From Methanomassiliicoccaceae archaeon (GTDB taxonomy: Archaea > Thermoplasmatota > Thermoplasmata > Methanomassiliicoccales > UBA472), in contig CAWBKY010000001.1 of assembly GCA_963789555.1 (NCBI GenBank), positions 24,105-88,104 on the forward strand: a stretch of DNA of 64,000 nt. The letters run 5' to 3'. A program made the translations under genes and the position numbers. Under the pieces are notes generated by a model. The model did not search any database, was not told the DNA's origin, and was given only the letters and a program-made list of their open reading frames with translations. Shown here piece after piece: positions 32,182-41,642 of the stretch. Position 1 is the first letter of the stretch. Every line of letters starts with the position of its first letter.

Positions 32182-33297
32182 TCAACCACCCATGCTCAGG
32201 TAGATCTTCGCGACATCGGCGTAGGGGAGGTCGGTCTTGAAACCGGTCGGAGAGAAGTGGGTGCGGGAGACCTTGCCATGATGGGAGATCTCCTCCATCA
32301 GAGAAGCCAACCGTCACAGGTGAGCGTTTCAGGTGGGAGGACAGCTCGTTGTTCTCGAAGAAGTAGGGCACGGAGAGCTCCTCCCTCCACATCTGGAGGT
32401 ACTTCTCGCACCTGGACCTCTCCGCCAGGTTCTCCCCGGCGGACATGCTCTCCAGGAGCCCCTCGGTCACAGATGTCCCCGGTCCAGAGCGGGCCGGCCC
32501 AGCCCCTGTCCTTCGGCCAAGGGCCCACCACCCTCTCATGGCTCTCCCTGTCGAAATGCAGGTAGCCCAAGGTTCTCGAGGGACTCATCGGCCGATTCCG
32601 CCGTCTCCGGCATGCGTAGATAGAGGCGGAAGTAATGGTCCGCATAGAAGCACAGCAGAGGCTACGGTCCCCCGGTCGAACATGGCCGCCTGGCGGGCCA
32701 CATAGCCGATGAGGATGCGCAGGCCCACCTCATGGCCGAAGACGCATCGGCACGGACGGGCCTGGTAACGCCGCAAGCATTTCTTGGCATGGGTGCCGGC
32801 CAGAGGGGCGGTGTCGGTCGCGGTGATCGCCAGTATGCCGTTTCGCCGCAGACCATGGAAGGCGGCGTGGAGATAAGGTACCGGCGTGCCGAACGGATCT
32901 AGGTCGATGTAATCGAACGTCTCCTTGGCCAGTAGGCAACGGAGGTCCTCGTTCCTAGCCTTGCCCTTATCTATGCCGTTCAGGGCCAGGTTGCGTTCGA
33001 TGACCTCGGCAGCCCTCACGGTCCCAATCATTCACGTGGAACTCGGTCTCTGGCCTGGCCTCGTTCATGATGCGCACCGCCCTGGCCCCGGTGGCCGACA
33101 TGGCGTCCAGCGCGGTCCTCGACCTTGACCATGGGGCTGGAGAAGAACATCACAGAGACGTCCCGGTTGAAGGACATCTGCCGGTTGTAGAACACGCTGC
33201 CTTGGATGGTCCCCGGGCCTTTTTCGGTCCGGGAGCGAGGCACCAAGAGGCGGGTCCCTCCCTCCATCACCTCATCCAGCTCGATCTCTTCGCTCAA
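32182..33297 (-). pseudogene. trm1: tRNA (guanine26-N2)-dimethyltransferase Trm1; about 6 frameshifts
   Basis: ..VFYNRQMSFNRDVSV.. / LDAMSATGARAVRI.. / ..DLDPFGTPVPYLHAAF...ILAITATDTAPL.. / ..CFYADHYFRLYL.. / ..LGYLHFDRESHE.. / ..EKYLQMWREELSVPYFF.. / ..FKTDLPYADVAKIYLSMGG*. Pieces alternate among the three frames, with shifts near 33090, 33025, 32655, 32575, 32465 and 32300. Confidence 0.8.
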
Positions 33298-33846
33298 AGG
33301 AGCTCGCCTTTCATGAGCTTCATGATCTTATATGGCAAAAGGTTGCGGTTGATGGGGGTGACCTCAAGGATCCGCACATCGTCCCTTCTTCTGATATCCT
33401 GGAGAAGCGGGTTGCGGGACTTCTTGTGGAGCGTCAGTAGGATGGGCTTCTCCACATCCAAGGCGAACTTGACGGCGTTGACGAACTTTTCGCTCTCCAC
33501 CTCGATCTTGCCCACCTCATCGATGACGATGACATCGGACTCCTCGCAGGCCTTCATCAGACGCGTTGACACCCACTTCCTCGAGCACGCTGAGGTCGAT
33601 ACCGAACTTGCCCACGCTGAACTTGCTCTTTATGTCCAGGGAGGCGAGCACCCCTCTCTCCTTCGTCCTCCAATCCATTACGTAGAAACCGGTGCGGCGG
33701 TTGTCCTCCACGATGGCCTCGGTGATCATTCCCCCGACCTTGAGGCCCTCCGCCTCGAGCATCTCTATGACCTTGGTCAAGGTCTGGGTCTTCCCAGATT
33801 GGGGGAGACCGGTTATGCCGATCTTGATGTTGTTCATCTGATTCAC
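33294..33846 (-). pseudogene. THEP1/NTPase_1 family nucleoside-triphosphatase; one frameshift
   Basis: IKIGITGLPQSGKTQT (P-loop variant)...GFYVMDW... / ..VIVIDEVGKIEVESEKF...PILLTLHKK. Shift near 33565. The stop overlaps the trm1 start. Confidence 0.65.
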
Positions 33847-33945
33847 CGGCCCGGACCCATGGAAGGTCCGGGGGATGGCACCGTAATGGCCTTACTGATT
33901 TAATAAAATTTGGTGAGATTTATTAATAAATCGATGCTTCGATGA

Positions 33946-34333
33946 TCAAGTTTGCGTGATCGAGCTCACGAACATCAGTGGATAGTGCAGCTCATCGATA
34001 TATCGCATGCCAGAGACCACGATCACATCCCTCGATCTCGATGGTGAGGCGAACCTCGAGCATCGGCCCGGTTAGTGTCTGATAATCATACTCGTCCTTC
34101 TTGCCGCGTAGCACCTTGCGTTTGATATGGACCTCCACATCCTTCACGAACGGCTGCACCCGGACCCCCTCTTCGATGGCCTTCTCCAAGCTTTCGACGT
34201 TGGAGGAGGAGAGCGGAGTCCCCACGAACTGATGGTAGATGGTGCCCAGTTTGATGCCAGACTCGAAGACCGCTCTCTCGCGCTCGGAGCAGTTGAAATA
34301 CTTGGCCGCGGCGGTCTCCCTCTTGCTCGCCAT
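33946..34333 (-). pseudogene. possible archaeal dihydroneopterin aldolase (MptD/DUF381-like); 3'-terminal frameshift
   Basis: ..FNCSERERAVFESGIKLGTIYHQFVGTPLS.. matches my recollection of the MptD family signature. The C-terminus continues in another frame (..VVSGMRYIDELHYPLMFV..). The family call is from memory only. Confidence 0.4.
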
Positions 34334-34427
34334 GCTTCATCCCTCCCCGTCGGTATCTCCTTCCGTCGATATATAGCCTCGAAGGGAAAGATAGATGAGG
34401 CCGCCCCTCCCCTTTTTGGGCGAGGGT

Positions 34428-35325
34428 ATGTCCAAGTCGAAAGTGCTGGTGTGCAGCAACACCGATAGGGAGGGGGCGGCCAAGGCGCTATTGGCAGCGG
34501 CGGACCTAGGCAGCATGGCAGGTAAGACCGTCATGATGAAACCGAACCTCAACACCGCCGACCCGGCCCCTGGCTCCACGGACATATCGACATTGCGTAC
34601 GGTGTTGAGGCTCCGTCCTGGACCTACTCCCCGGCCAAGGTGATAGTGGGGGATAGGAGCGGGCCATCGGACACAAGGAAGGTGTTCGATGACAAAGGCA
34701 TTTTCGCCATGTCCAGGCAGATGGGCTTTGTTCCAATGGTATTCGATGAGCTGCAGAACTAGCGATTTCGTGAAGATCGAATCGCCGGGCATGCACTGGC
34801 GCAACGGTTTCCATTTCGCCAGGCCGGTGATCGAGGCGGACGTGGTCATCGGTCTGGGTTGCATCAAGACCCACCAGTTCGGTGGCCATTTCACCATGGC
34901 GTTGAAACTTGCCACAGGATGCGTCCACCGTCATAACATGGCGGAGCTGCACGCATCCTTCATCCACATGAGGGACATGATCGCCGAGATCAACCTCGCC
35001 TATAAGCCGCGCCTGATCATCTTGGACGGCGTGGTGGCCTTCTTCCGTGGCGGGCCGATGACCGGCAGTGAGTGGAATGCCGGTCTGAGCCTCGCCTCCA
35101 GCGACCGGGTGGCCCTGGACGCCACCGGAGTGGCGTTGCTGAAGATGCATGGCACGACCAAACAGATCCAAGATAAAGGGGATCTTCGAGCAGGACCAGA
35201 TCCGGAGGGCGGCCGAGCTCGGACTAGGGGTGCCCAACGCCCAGAGCATCGAGCTGGTACCGGTGGACGAGGCATCAAAGGGGGCGGTGGAGCAGGTCGC
35301 GCCATTCCTTTATGGGAAGAACTGA
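34428..35325 (+). pseudogene. DUF362 domain protein; about 4 frameshifts
   Basis: MSKSKVLVCS...GKTVMMKPNLNTADPAPGSTD.. / ..VIVGDRSGP.. / ..VVIGLGCIKTHQFGGHFTMALK...RLIILDGVVAF...SDRVALDATG.. / ..IRRAAELGLG..VEQVAPFLYGKN*. Confidence 0.6.
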
Positions 35326-35418
35326 CCGCATTATCCCTTGCTGACGCTTCTCAACCACGAAAAAGCTGAAATAACGGACGCACGACTATGAGCATCGTTC
35401 ACATCAGGAGGACAATCC

Positions 35419-36039
35419 ATGGAAGTCACCAAGAAGACCTATCAACTGCCTGCCTTGCGCTTTGGCTATAAGGACCTCGAACCCTTCATGTCCGAGGAGC
35501 AGCTGACCCTGCACCACACCAAGCACCATGCCGCCTACGCCACGGGCGCCAATGCCGCCTTGGATAAATTGGAGAAGGCCCGCAAGGAGGGAACCGACGC
35601 CGACCAGAAGGCGATAATGAAGGAGCTATCCTTCAACGTGGGCGGTTTCATACTGCACAACCGCTTCTGGGAGAACCTGGCCCCAGTGGGCAAGGGCGGG
35701 GATTCGCCGGGCGGAAAGCTCGGGGACGCCATAGCCCATGAGTTCGGGTCGTTCGAACGATTCAAGAAGGAGTTCACCCAGGTGGCCAGCAGCGCCGAGG
35801 GGTCCGGATGGGCGGTGCTCACCTATTGCCGCACCATCGAAAGACCGATGATAATGCAGGTGGAGAAGCACAACGTCAATGCCATGCCTGGCTTCAAGCC
35901 ACTTTTGGTCCTGGATGTATGGGAGCATGCCTACTATGTCGATTACCGTAACCTCCGGCCGAAGTACATAGAGGCATTCTGGAACCATGTGGACTGGGGC
36001 ACGGCCCAGAAGCGGTTCGACGACATCTTGAACCGTTAA
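35419..36039 (+). CDS. Fe/Mn superoxide dismutase
   Basis: Intact 206 aa: YQLPALRFGYKDLEPFMSEEQLTLHHTKHH...DVWEHAYY. AGGAGG RBS upstream. Confidence 0.95.
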   Translation: MEVTKKTYQLPALRFGYKDLEPFMSEEQLTLHHTKHHAAYATGANAALDKLEKARKEGTDADQKAIMKELSFNVGGFILHNRFWENLAPVGKGGDSPGGKLGDAIAHEFGSFERFKKEFTQVASSAEGSGWAVLTYCRTIERPMIMQVEKHNVNAMPGFKPLLVLDVWEHAYYVDYRNLRPKYIEAFWNHVDWGTAQKRFDDILNR

Positions 36040-36130
36040 AACCATTTCCATCTCCTTTCCCATATTTTATTTATTAATCCCATCGATTAGGACACATCAT
36101 CTTTGGGAGGGGGCGGACGCGGACGACCTA

Positions 36131-36759
36131 ATGAAGATTCAGGGATGAGATAGAGAAAGGTCTCCTCGCCAATGACAGGTCTTGCGTAAGGGAGATCCTG
36201 GTTTTCACGTTCCGGGACATGGCCCCCGCTGGACCGGATAGACCGATTGGTCGCCCCGGTCCTGGACACCATCGGAATGAAATGGGAGCGCGGGGAGGTA
36301 TCGCTATCCCAGGTCTATCTGGGCACCAAGCTCGCCGATGAGCTGGTGGAGGAGATCATCGGGGTGAGCGATGTGGCCCGCAGGAAAGAGCCGGTCCTCG
36401 CCATCTCTGTCCTGGAGGACCACCATTTGCTGGGCCTCAAGGTGGTCAAGATGACCTTGCAATCGGCCGGATATGACGTGATCGATTACGGCAGGACCAC
36501 GGTGGAGGAGTTGGTCAGTGCGGTCGAGAGGGACCATGTCCGCTACCTTCTCATATCCACCCTGATGCTCCGCTCCGCCCTTTTGATCAAGGACGTGAGG
36601 GAGCTGCTGGACGCCAACGGATTGGATGTGGTGATCATTGCTGGAGGCGCACCGTTCCGATTCGACGCCCAACTGTGCAGGAAGGTCGGGGCGGACCTCA
36701 CAACCGCATCGCCGATCGAGGCCCTGGATTACATCCGGAACCGGGAGGGAGGCGATTGA
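36131..36759 (+). pseudogene. cobalamin-binding corrinoid protein (B12-binding cap + Rossmann domain); 2 frameshifts
   Basis: Cap helix region ..DRLVAPVLDTIGMKWERGE..; DxHxxG base-off/His-on motif in VLEDHHLLGLKVV; ISTLML and IIAGGAPF. Shifts at GGG 36142-36144 and CCCCC 36223-36227 (one extra base each). Confidence 0.75.
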
Positions 36760-36767
36760 AGGCGGAG

Positions 36768-37798
36768 ATGACCCCGATGGAGAGGACCCTTACCGCCATG
36801 AGGCACCAGGAACCGGACCGGGTGCCCCTACTCCTCAGCCTCACCATGCATGGGGCGAAGGCCTTGGGCATGTCCATCCAGAGCTACTATTCGAAAGCGG
36901 ATAACATCGTAAGGGGCCAGGTGAAGCTCCGAGAACGATATGGGCATGACATCCTCAACACCTTCACCCACGCATCAGCGGAGTTCGAGGCGTTCGGAGG
37001 GACCACCACATATTATGAGGACGGGCCGCCCAACTCAGGCGAACCAGTGCTGAGGGCCATGGAGGACATTGAGAGCCTGGAGGCGCCGGACCCGAAGGAC
37101 CATGCTGGGTCTGATGGTGGTCGTCGAGGCCACGCGAAAACTGCGCGAGGCGCGTCGGTCCAGAGGTCCCCATCATCGGCGTGGTCGTTTCCCCCTTCTC
37201 TCTGCCAGTGATGCAGATGGGCTTCGAGAACTACTTCGACCTCATGTACAACGAGACCAAGGCCTTCGAGCACCTGATGCGGATAAACGAGACGTTCTCG
37301 GCGGAGCTGGCGAACCTGCAGTTGGAGGCAGGCGCCACCGCCATGGTGCTGTTCGACCCGGTCTCCTCCACCACCATCATCCCCCGGGACAAGTATATCG
37401 AGACCGGTTTCAGGAGCGCCAAGCGAACCATCCGGTCGATAAAAGGTCCCGTTCTCACCCATTTCGCATCAGGCAGGATCCTGCCCATCATCGACAAGGT
37501 CATCGAGACGGGGACGGTGGGGGTAGGCGTCAGCACGGATGAGGACATGGCGACCATGAAGAGGGCCTGTGGCAACCGGCTCACCCTGGTCGGCAACCTG
37601 AATGGTGTCCAGATGCCCACCTGGACGGCCCTGGACGTGGAAAGGAAGGTCAAGGAGGCGGTGCACAAGGCCGCCCCTGGAGGCGGGTTCATCCTCTCTG
37701 ACAACCATGGGGAGATACCCTTCCAGGTCCCGGATAGCACCATCGAGCACATCGCCGAGTCAACCCGCAGGTATGGGACCTACCCCATCAAGGTCTGA
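36768..37798 (+). pseudogene. URO-D family (MtaA/MtbA/CmuA-like) corrinoid-dependent methyltransferase lacking the usual Zn-binding Cys residues; 2 frameshifts
   Basis: MTPMERTLTAMRHQEPDRVPL... / ..MVVVEATRKLREA.. / ..IIGVVVSPFSLPVMQMG...FDPVSS...GFILSDNHGEIP. Shifts near 37100 and 37160. At the position of the MT2 H-x-C motif the sequence reads THFASG, and the reconstructed protein has a single Cys. Confidence 0.65.
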
Positions 37799-37870
37799 CG
37801 ACAACCTCATCGGACCGGGCCCCAATAATCATTATTAAGGTCCCATTGGAATTGATTCAACGGTGAACAT

Positions 37871-38281
37871 ATGACCCAATTACCAGAGGAAGTCATGAAG
37901 ATGGCCAACGATATGAAGGCGGTCAAGGTCCTGACCACGGTCTCAGCCGATGGGGTCCTCCACTCGATCCGTGTGGGGAGCATGGTGGCCCCAGCGCCAA
38001 ATATGATGGCGGTAGGGGCGATACTGATGAAGACCACGGCCAAGAACCTGGAGGACATGAAGAAGAAGAACCAACCGGTGGCGATATTGCTCGGTTCCGA
38101 GATGAACTCCTATCTCATAATGGCCAAGGTCAAGGAGACCCAGAAGGCCGGCCCGCTGTTCGAAAAAATGAACGAGAACCTCAAGGCCATCGGATTGCAG
38201 GCCGGGGCGGTCTGGGTGTTCGAACCAACTGGGGTATGGAACCAGAGCGCCTCCTACGAGGCGGGCAAGAAGATCGCTTGA
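37871..38281 (+). CDS. small PNPOx-like / FMN-binding split-barrel family protein (tentative)
   Basis: Intact 136 aa; ..VKVLTTVSADGVLHSIRVGSMV.. pattern resembles pyridoxamine-phosphate-oxidase-like proteins. Weak assignment. Confidence 0.35.
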   Translation: MTQLPEEVMKMANDMKAVKVLTTVSADGVLHSIRVGSMVAPAPNMMAVGAILMKTTAKNLEDMKKKNQPVAILLGSEMNSYLIMAKVKETQKAGPLFEKMNENLKAIGLQAGAVWVFEPTGVWNQSASYEAGKKIA

Positions 38282-38363
38282 ACAATAACCTTCTTTAAGA
38301 GTTCCGGTCCATCAAGATGCCGGAACATAATATTCCTTAGAAGCGAGCGGAGCGTGCCACCAG

Positions 38364-39398
38364 ATGGACCAATTGATGTTGTTATTCGCCCTCATCGGTA
38401 TGGGGTTGATCTGGGCATTCTCATTCACGAACGGTTTCCAGGATGGTGCCACCACCGCAGCCACCCTCGTGGCCAGCAAGGCCGCCACTCCAAGGCAGGG
38501 CCTGATGTTGGTAGCATCGTTGGGAGCTCTCGGGACACTATTGGGCGGGTCGGCGGTGGCCTTCACCATCACCGGTCTGATCGATGTCGATGACTCTGAG
38601 TTGGTAATGATCATAACCCTTTCCGCGTTGGCGGGGGCCATCGCTTGGAACATGGTCACCTGGTATTTTGGGATACCATGCTCCACCACCCAATCCCTGG
38701 TGGGAGGATTGGTGGGGGCGGGGGTGGCCGTGGCCGGTACGGGAAGCGTCAACTGGGGGTGGTCCGAACTTATGGACGGGGAACTTACCGGGCTGATGCT
38801 GGTCATCGTGTTCTTGGTGGTCTCGATCATCTTCGGTCTGGTGGGAGGGTACCTACTGTTCAAGGCGACCAAGTGGATGTTGAGAGGGGCGAAGCGGTCG
38901 ATCAACCGGCGCATCAACCAAGCACAATGGTTGGCCACCAGCGTATTCGCGTTCAGCAACGGGGCCAACGATTCACAGAAGTTCCTGGGGCTGATCATCA
39001 TGATACTGATGTCCACGGGGTTCACAAGCACGGAGGAGATCCCTCTTTGGGCCAGGTTGTTCATAGCATTGGCCATCGGCCTGGGCACGATCATCGGCGG
39101 GAGGCGAATCCTCAAGACCTTGGCCAGCAAGATATACTCCATCGCTCCCATCCACTCCCTCGACTCCCAGATCGTATCGGGGACGGCGTTGACCATATCC
39201 ACTGTGATAGGGGCGCCCATATCCTCGACCCAAGTGGTCTCATCGAGCATACTGGGTATAGGTGCGGCAGACCGACCCAGGTATGTGCGATGGGCCAAAG
39301 CGAACGAGCTCGTGGTCTCATGGCTGCTCACCATACCCGCTTCGGCCTTGGTCTCTGGCCTGATAGGATATGCATTTGATTTGTTCTACATATCATGA
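38364..39398 (+). CDS. inorganic phosphate transporter, PiT (PHO4) family
   Basis: Intact 344 aa polytopic protein with FTNGFQDGATT and FSNGANDSQKFLG signature repeats. Confidence 0.85.
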   Translation: MDQLMLLFALIGMGLIWAFSFTNGFQDGATTAATLVASKAATPRQGLMLVASLGALGTLLGGSAVAFTITGLIDVDDSELVMIITLSALAGAIAWNMVTWYFGIPCSTTQSLVGGLVGAGVAVAGTGSVNWGWSELMDGELTGLMLVIVFLVVSIIFGLVGGYLLFKATKWMLRGAKRSINRRINQAQWLATSVFAFSNGANDSQKFLGLIIMILMSTGFTSTEEIPLWARLFIALAIGLGTIIGGRRILKTLASKIYSIAPIHSLDSQIVSGTALTISTVIGAPISSTQVVSSSILGIGAADRPRYVRWAKANELVVSWLLTIPASALVSGLIGYAFDLFYIS

Positions 39399-39408
39399 GG
39401 TGTCAAGA

Positions 39409-40051
39409 ATGGAAAAACAAGAAGAGGTAAGGGAACGTCGATTGATACGCCGCATCTTCCCGGAAGGGCCTGATTTCTATCTTATGCTCATCGATATAAC
39501 CGACCAATCCCGAGAGGGCGTGGAAGAATTCCGATCCTGGCTGGACAAAGGCCATCTAGCCGATATCAATCGTTTGGAGGAGCTGGATGAAAGGATGGAC
39601 GAAACGCGCTACAAGATGGAGCACGAGCTCCATGACGCGTTCGCAACGCCCATCGACCGAGAGGAGATATACATTCTTTCCCGTCAGGTGGACTACCTGG
39701 TCAACTATTGCGTCATGATGGCCAGACAGATGCAGGCCTACGATGTCCCGCCCAACGAGTCCATCAAGTTCATGGCGGAGAACCTGGTGGAGGCCATGAA
39801 CCATGTTTCTCAGTCGCTCCGATTACTGAGGGAAAAGGATGGAAAGGCGGATGAACTGATCAAGGACATGAGGAAATGCCAACATCAGGATAGAACGTCG
39901 CTACATCCAATCGATGGCAGAGCTGTTCAAGACCGAGGACCCAATGCTGATACTGCGGCATGCTGAGATCTATGACAACATGCTGGAGAACTCGAAGAAC
40001 CTCAGGAACTGCATCGATACATTGCACAGGATCCTGGTGGGGGTATTCTGA
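39409..40051 (+). pseudogene. DUF47 / PhoU-related phosphate transport regulator; one frameshift
   Basis: All-helical; ..ATPIDREEIYILSRQVDYLV.. / ..IERRYIQSMAELFKTEDPMLILRHAEIYDNMLENS.. This is the usual partner gene of PiT. Shift near 39880. Confidence 0.65.
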
Positions 40052-40054
40052 GGG

Positions 40055-40504
40055 TCAGGGCGTTGGATCGAGCATTTCGAACCCGGTCTTCGGGTCCATT
40101 ATTCGGATGGAACCATTTTCCAAGATCTCGGTGACGACCACCTCGACCACATTCCAGACCACGACACCGGCCCGGACGCATCCTGTGACCGTGCCGTCCC
40201 CCCTCCCCGTGGCGATGTGCATATGCAGGGTCGGCTCCCCGCGCTCATCTGGGAAGATGGTCCCCACCCCTGTGATCTCCCGGGGCTGGTCCAGGCACAA
40301 TTTCATGGGGACCACCGGAGAGGCCCTGCCTTCCTTAGGGCCGACCACCAGCTTGCTACCTTCGTCCAAGGCGCCCAACGCGATGACCTGAGCCCTTCGG
40401 ATCCCATTTTCCTTGGCGAAACGCTCCAACGATTCATGTATGATGTCCCCATCCTCAAGCCTGACCACAAAGACCCTACCTGCTTTCGCCTCGGAGTAGC
40501 GCAT
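40055..40504 (-). CDS. PPC (DUF296) domain protein
   Basis: Intact 149 aa: GRVFVVRLEDGDIIHESLERFAKENGIRRAQVIALGAL...LHMHIA. Confidence 0.6.
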   Translation of the reverse strand: MRYSEAKAGRVFVVRLEDGDIIHESLERFAKENGIRRAQVIALGALDEGSKLVVGPKEGRASPVVPMKLCLDQPREITGVGTIFPDERGEPTLHMHIATGRGDGTVTGCVRAGVVVWNVVEVVVTEILENGSIRIMDPKTGFEMLDPTP

Positions 40505-40634
40505 GGACCTTCACATTGACATGACCTGATGGGGGAGACTGCATAAAATACGCTCCCCTTCGCCATGGCCAACGACCAAAAAATGAGTAGATTCTCATAA
40601 AACTTTAATAGGCAAGGCCGCATCGCCACTTCGA

Positions 40635-41544
40635 ATGTCGCTCGTGGATGCTATCCAGCAGTTGAAAAAGGATAGGAACGCGGTGATCCTGGCACACAAC
40701 TACCAACCTCCTGAGATACAGGATGTGGCCGATTTCGTGGGCGACTCATTGGGACTTGTCGGTCCAGGCGTCGAGGACCGAAGCGGACGTCATAATCTTC
40801 TGTGGCGTGGACTTCATGGCCGAGAGCGCCAAGGTCCTGAACCCGACCAAGACGGTCATCCTTCCAGAGCCGCAGGCCATGTGCCCCATGGCGGCCATGT
40901 GCGACGCGGAAACGTTGAAGGAGGTCAAGGCGAAGTATCCAGACGTGGCCGTGGTGGCCTATGTCAACACCTCCGCCGCTGTGAAGGCGGAGACGGATAT
41001 CTGTTGCACCTCTTCCAATGCCATCAAGGTGGTCGGTTCGTTGGATGCTAAGCGCATTCTCTTCGTCCCCGATTGCAACCTAGGCAGATATGTTCAGCGC
41101 TTCTTCCCGGACAAGGAACTGATCGTTTGGCCAGGATACTGCCCGACCCATGACAGCATAACCCCCGAGGACATCCGGAAATTGAGGTCCGAACATCCTC
41201 AAGCAGTGGTCCTGGTCCATCCAGAATGTCGTCCCGAGGTCATAGACATGGCCGACAAGGTCGCTTCGACCGAGGGCATGATCAAGTTCGCACAGAAATC
41301 GGATGCGAAGGAGTTCATCATCGCCACCGAGGGAGAGCTGACCTATCGGTTGGGCAAGGAAGTACCGGGAAAGAAGTTCTATTCCATACCATGTGCCGTC
41401 TGCCCGACCATGAAGATGATTGACCTGCAGAAGGTGCATGACAGCCTCATGAATTTGGGGCCATGCATCGAGCTGCCCCAGGAGATCATCGACAAGGCCA
41501 GGGTCCCTCTGGAGAGGATGATGGAGATCGGTCGGGGCGATTGA
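40635..41544 (+). pseudogene. nadA: quinolinate synthase; one frameshift
   Basis: [26 protein letters not shown] / [27 protein letters not shown]...VAYVNTSA...VHPEC...ATEGEL. Shift near 40760. Confidence 0.9.
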
Positions 41545-41642
41545 TAGGGTGGAAAATCACATCTCGTCGCTCTCCCATCGCACAATCGTTTTGATATTAG
41601 AGAAAAAGTAAGGGGTTTGGGGTCAGAAAGGCCCATGCTCGT

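Noticed and set aside
34337-35249. 192-aa and 247-aa minus-strand ORFs
   Set aside because: Both are antisense to the frameshifted DUF362 gene, whose fragments carry the family-typical motifs.
38312-39334. 340-aa minus-strand ORF
   Set aside because: It is antisense to the intact PiT phosphate transporter gene and has no recognisable motifs.
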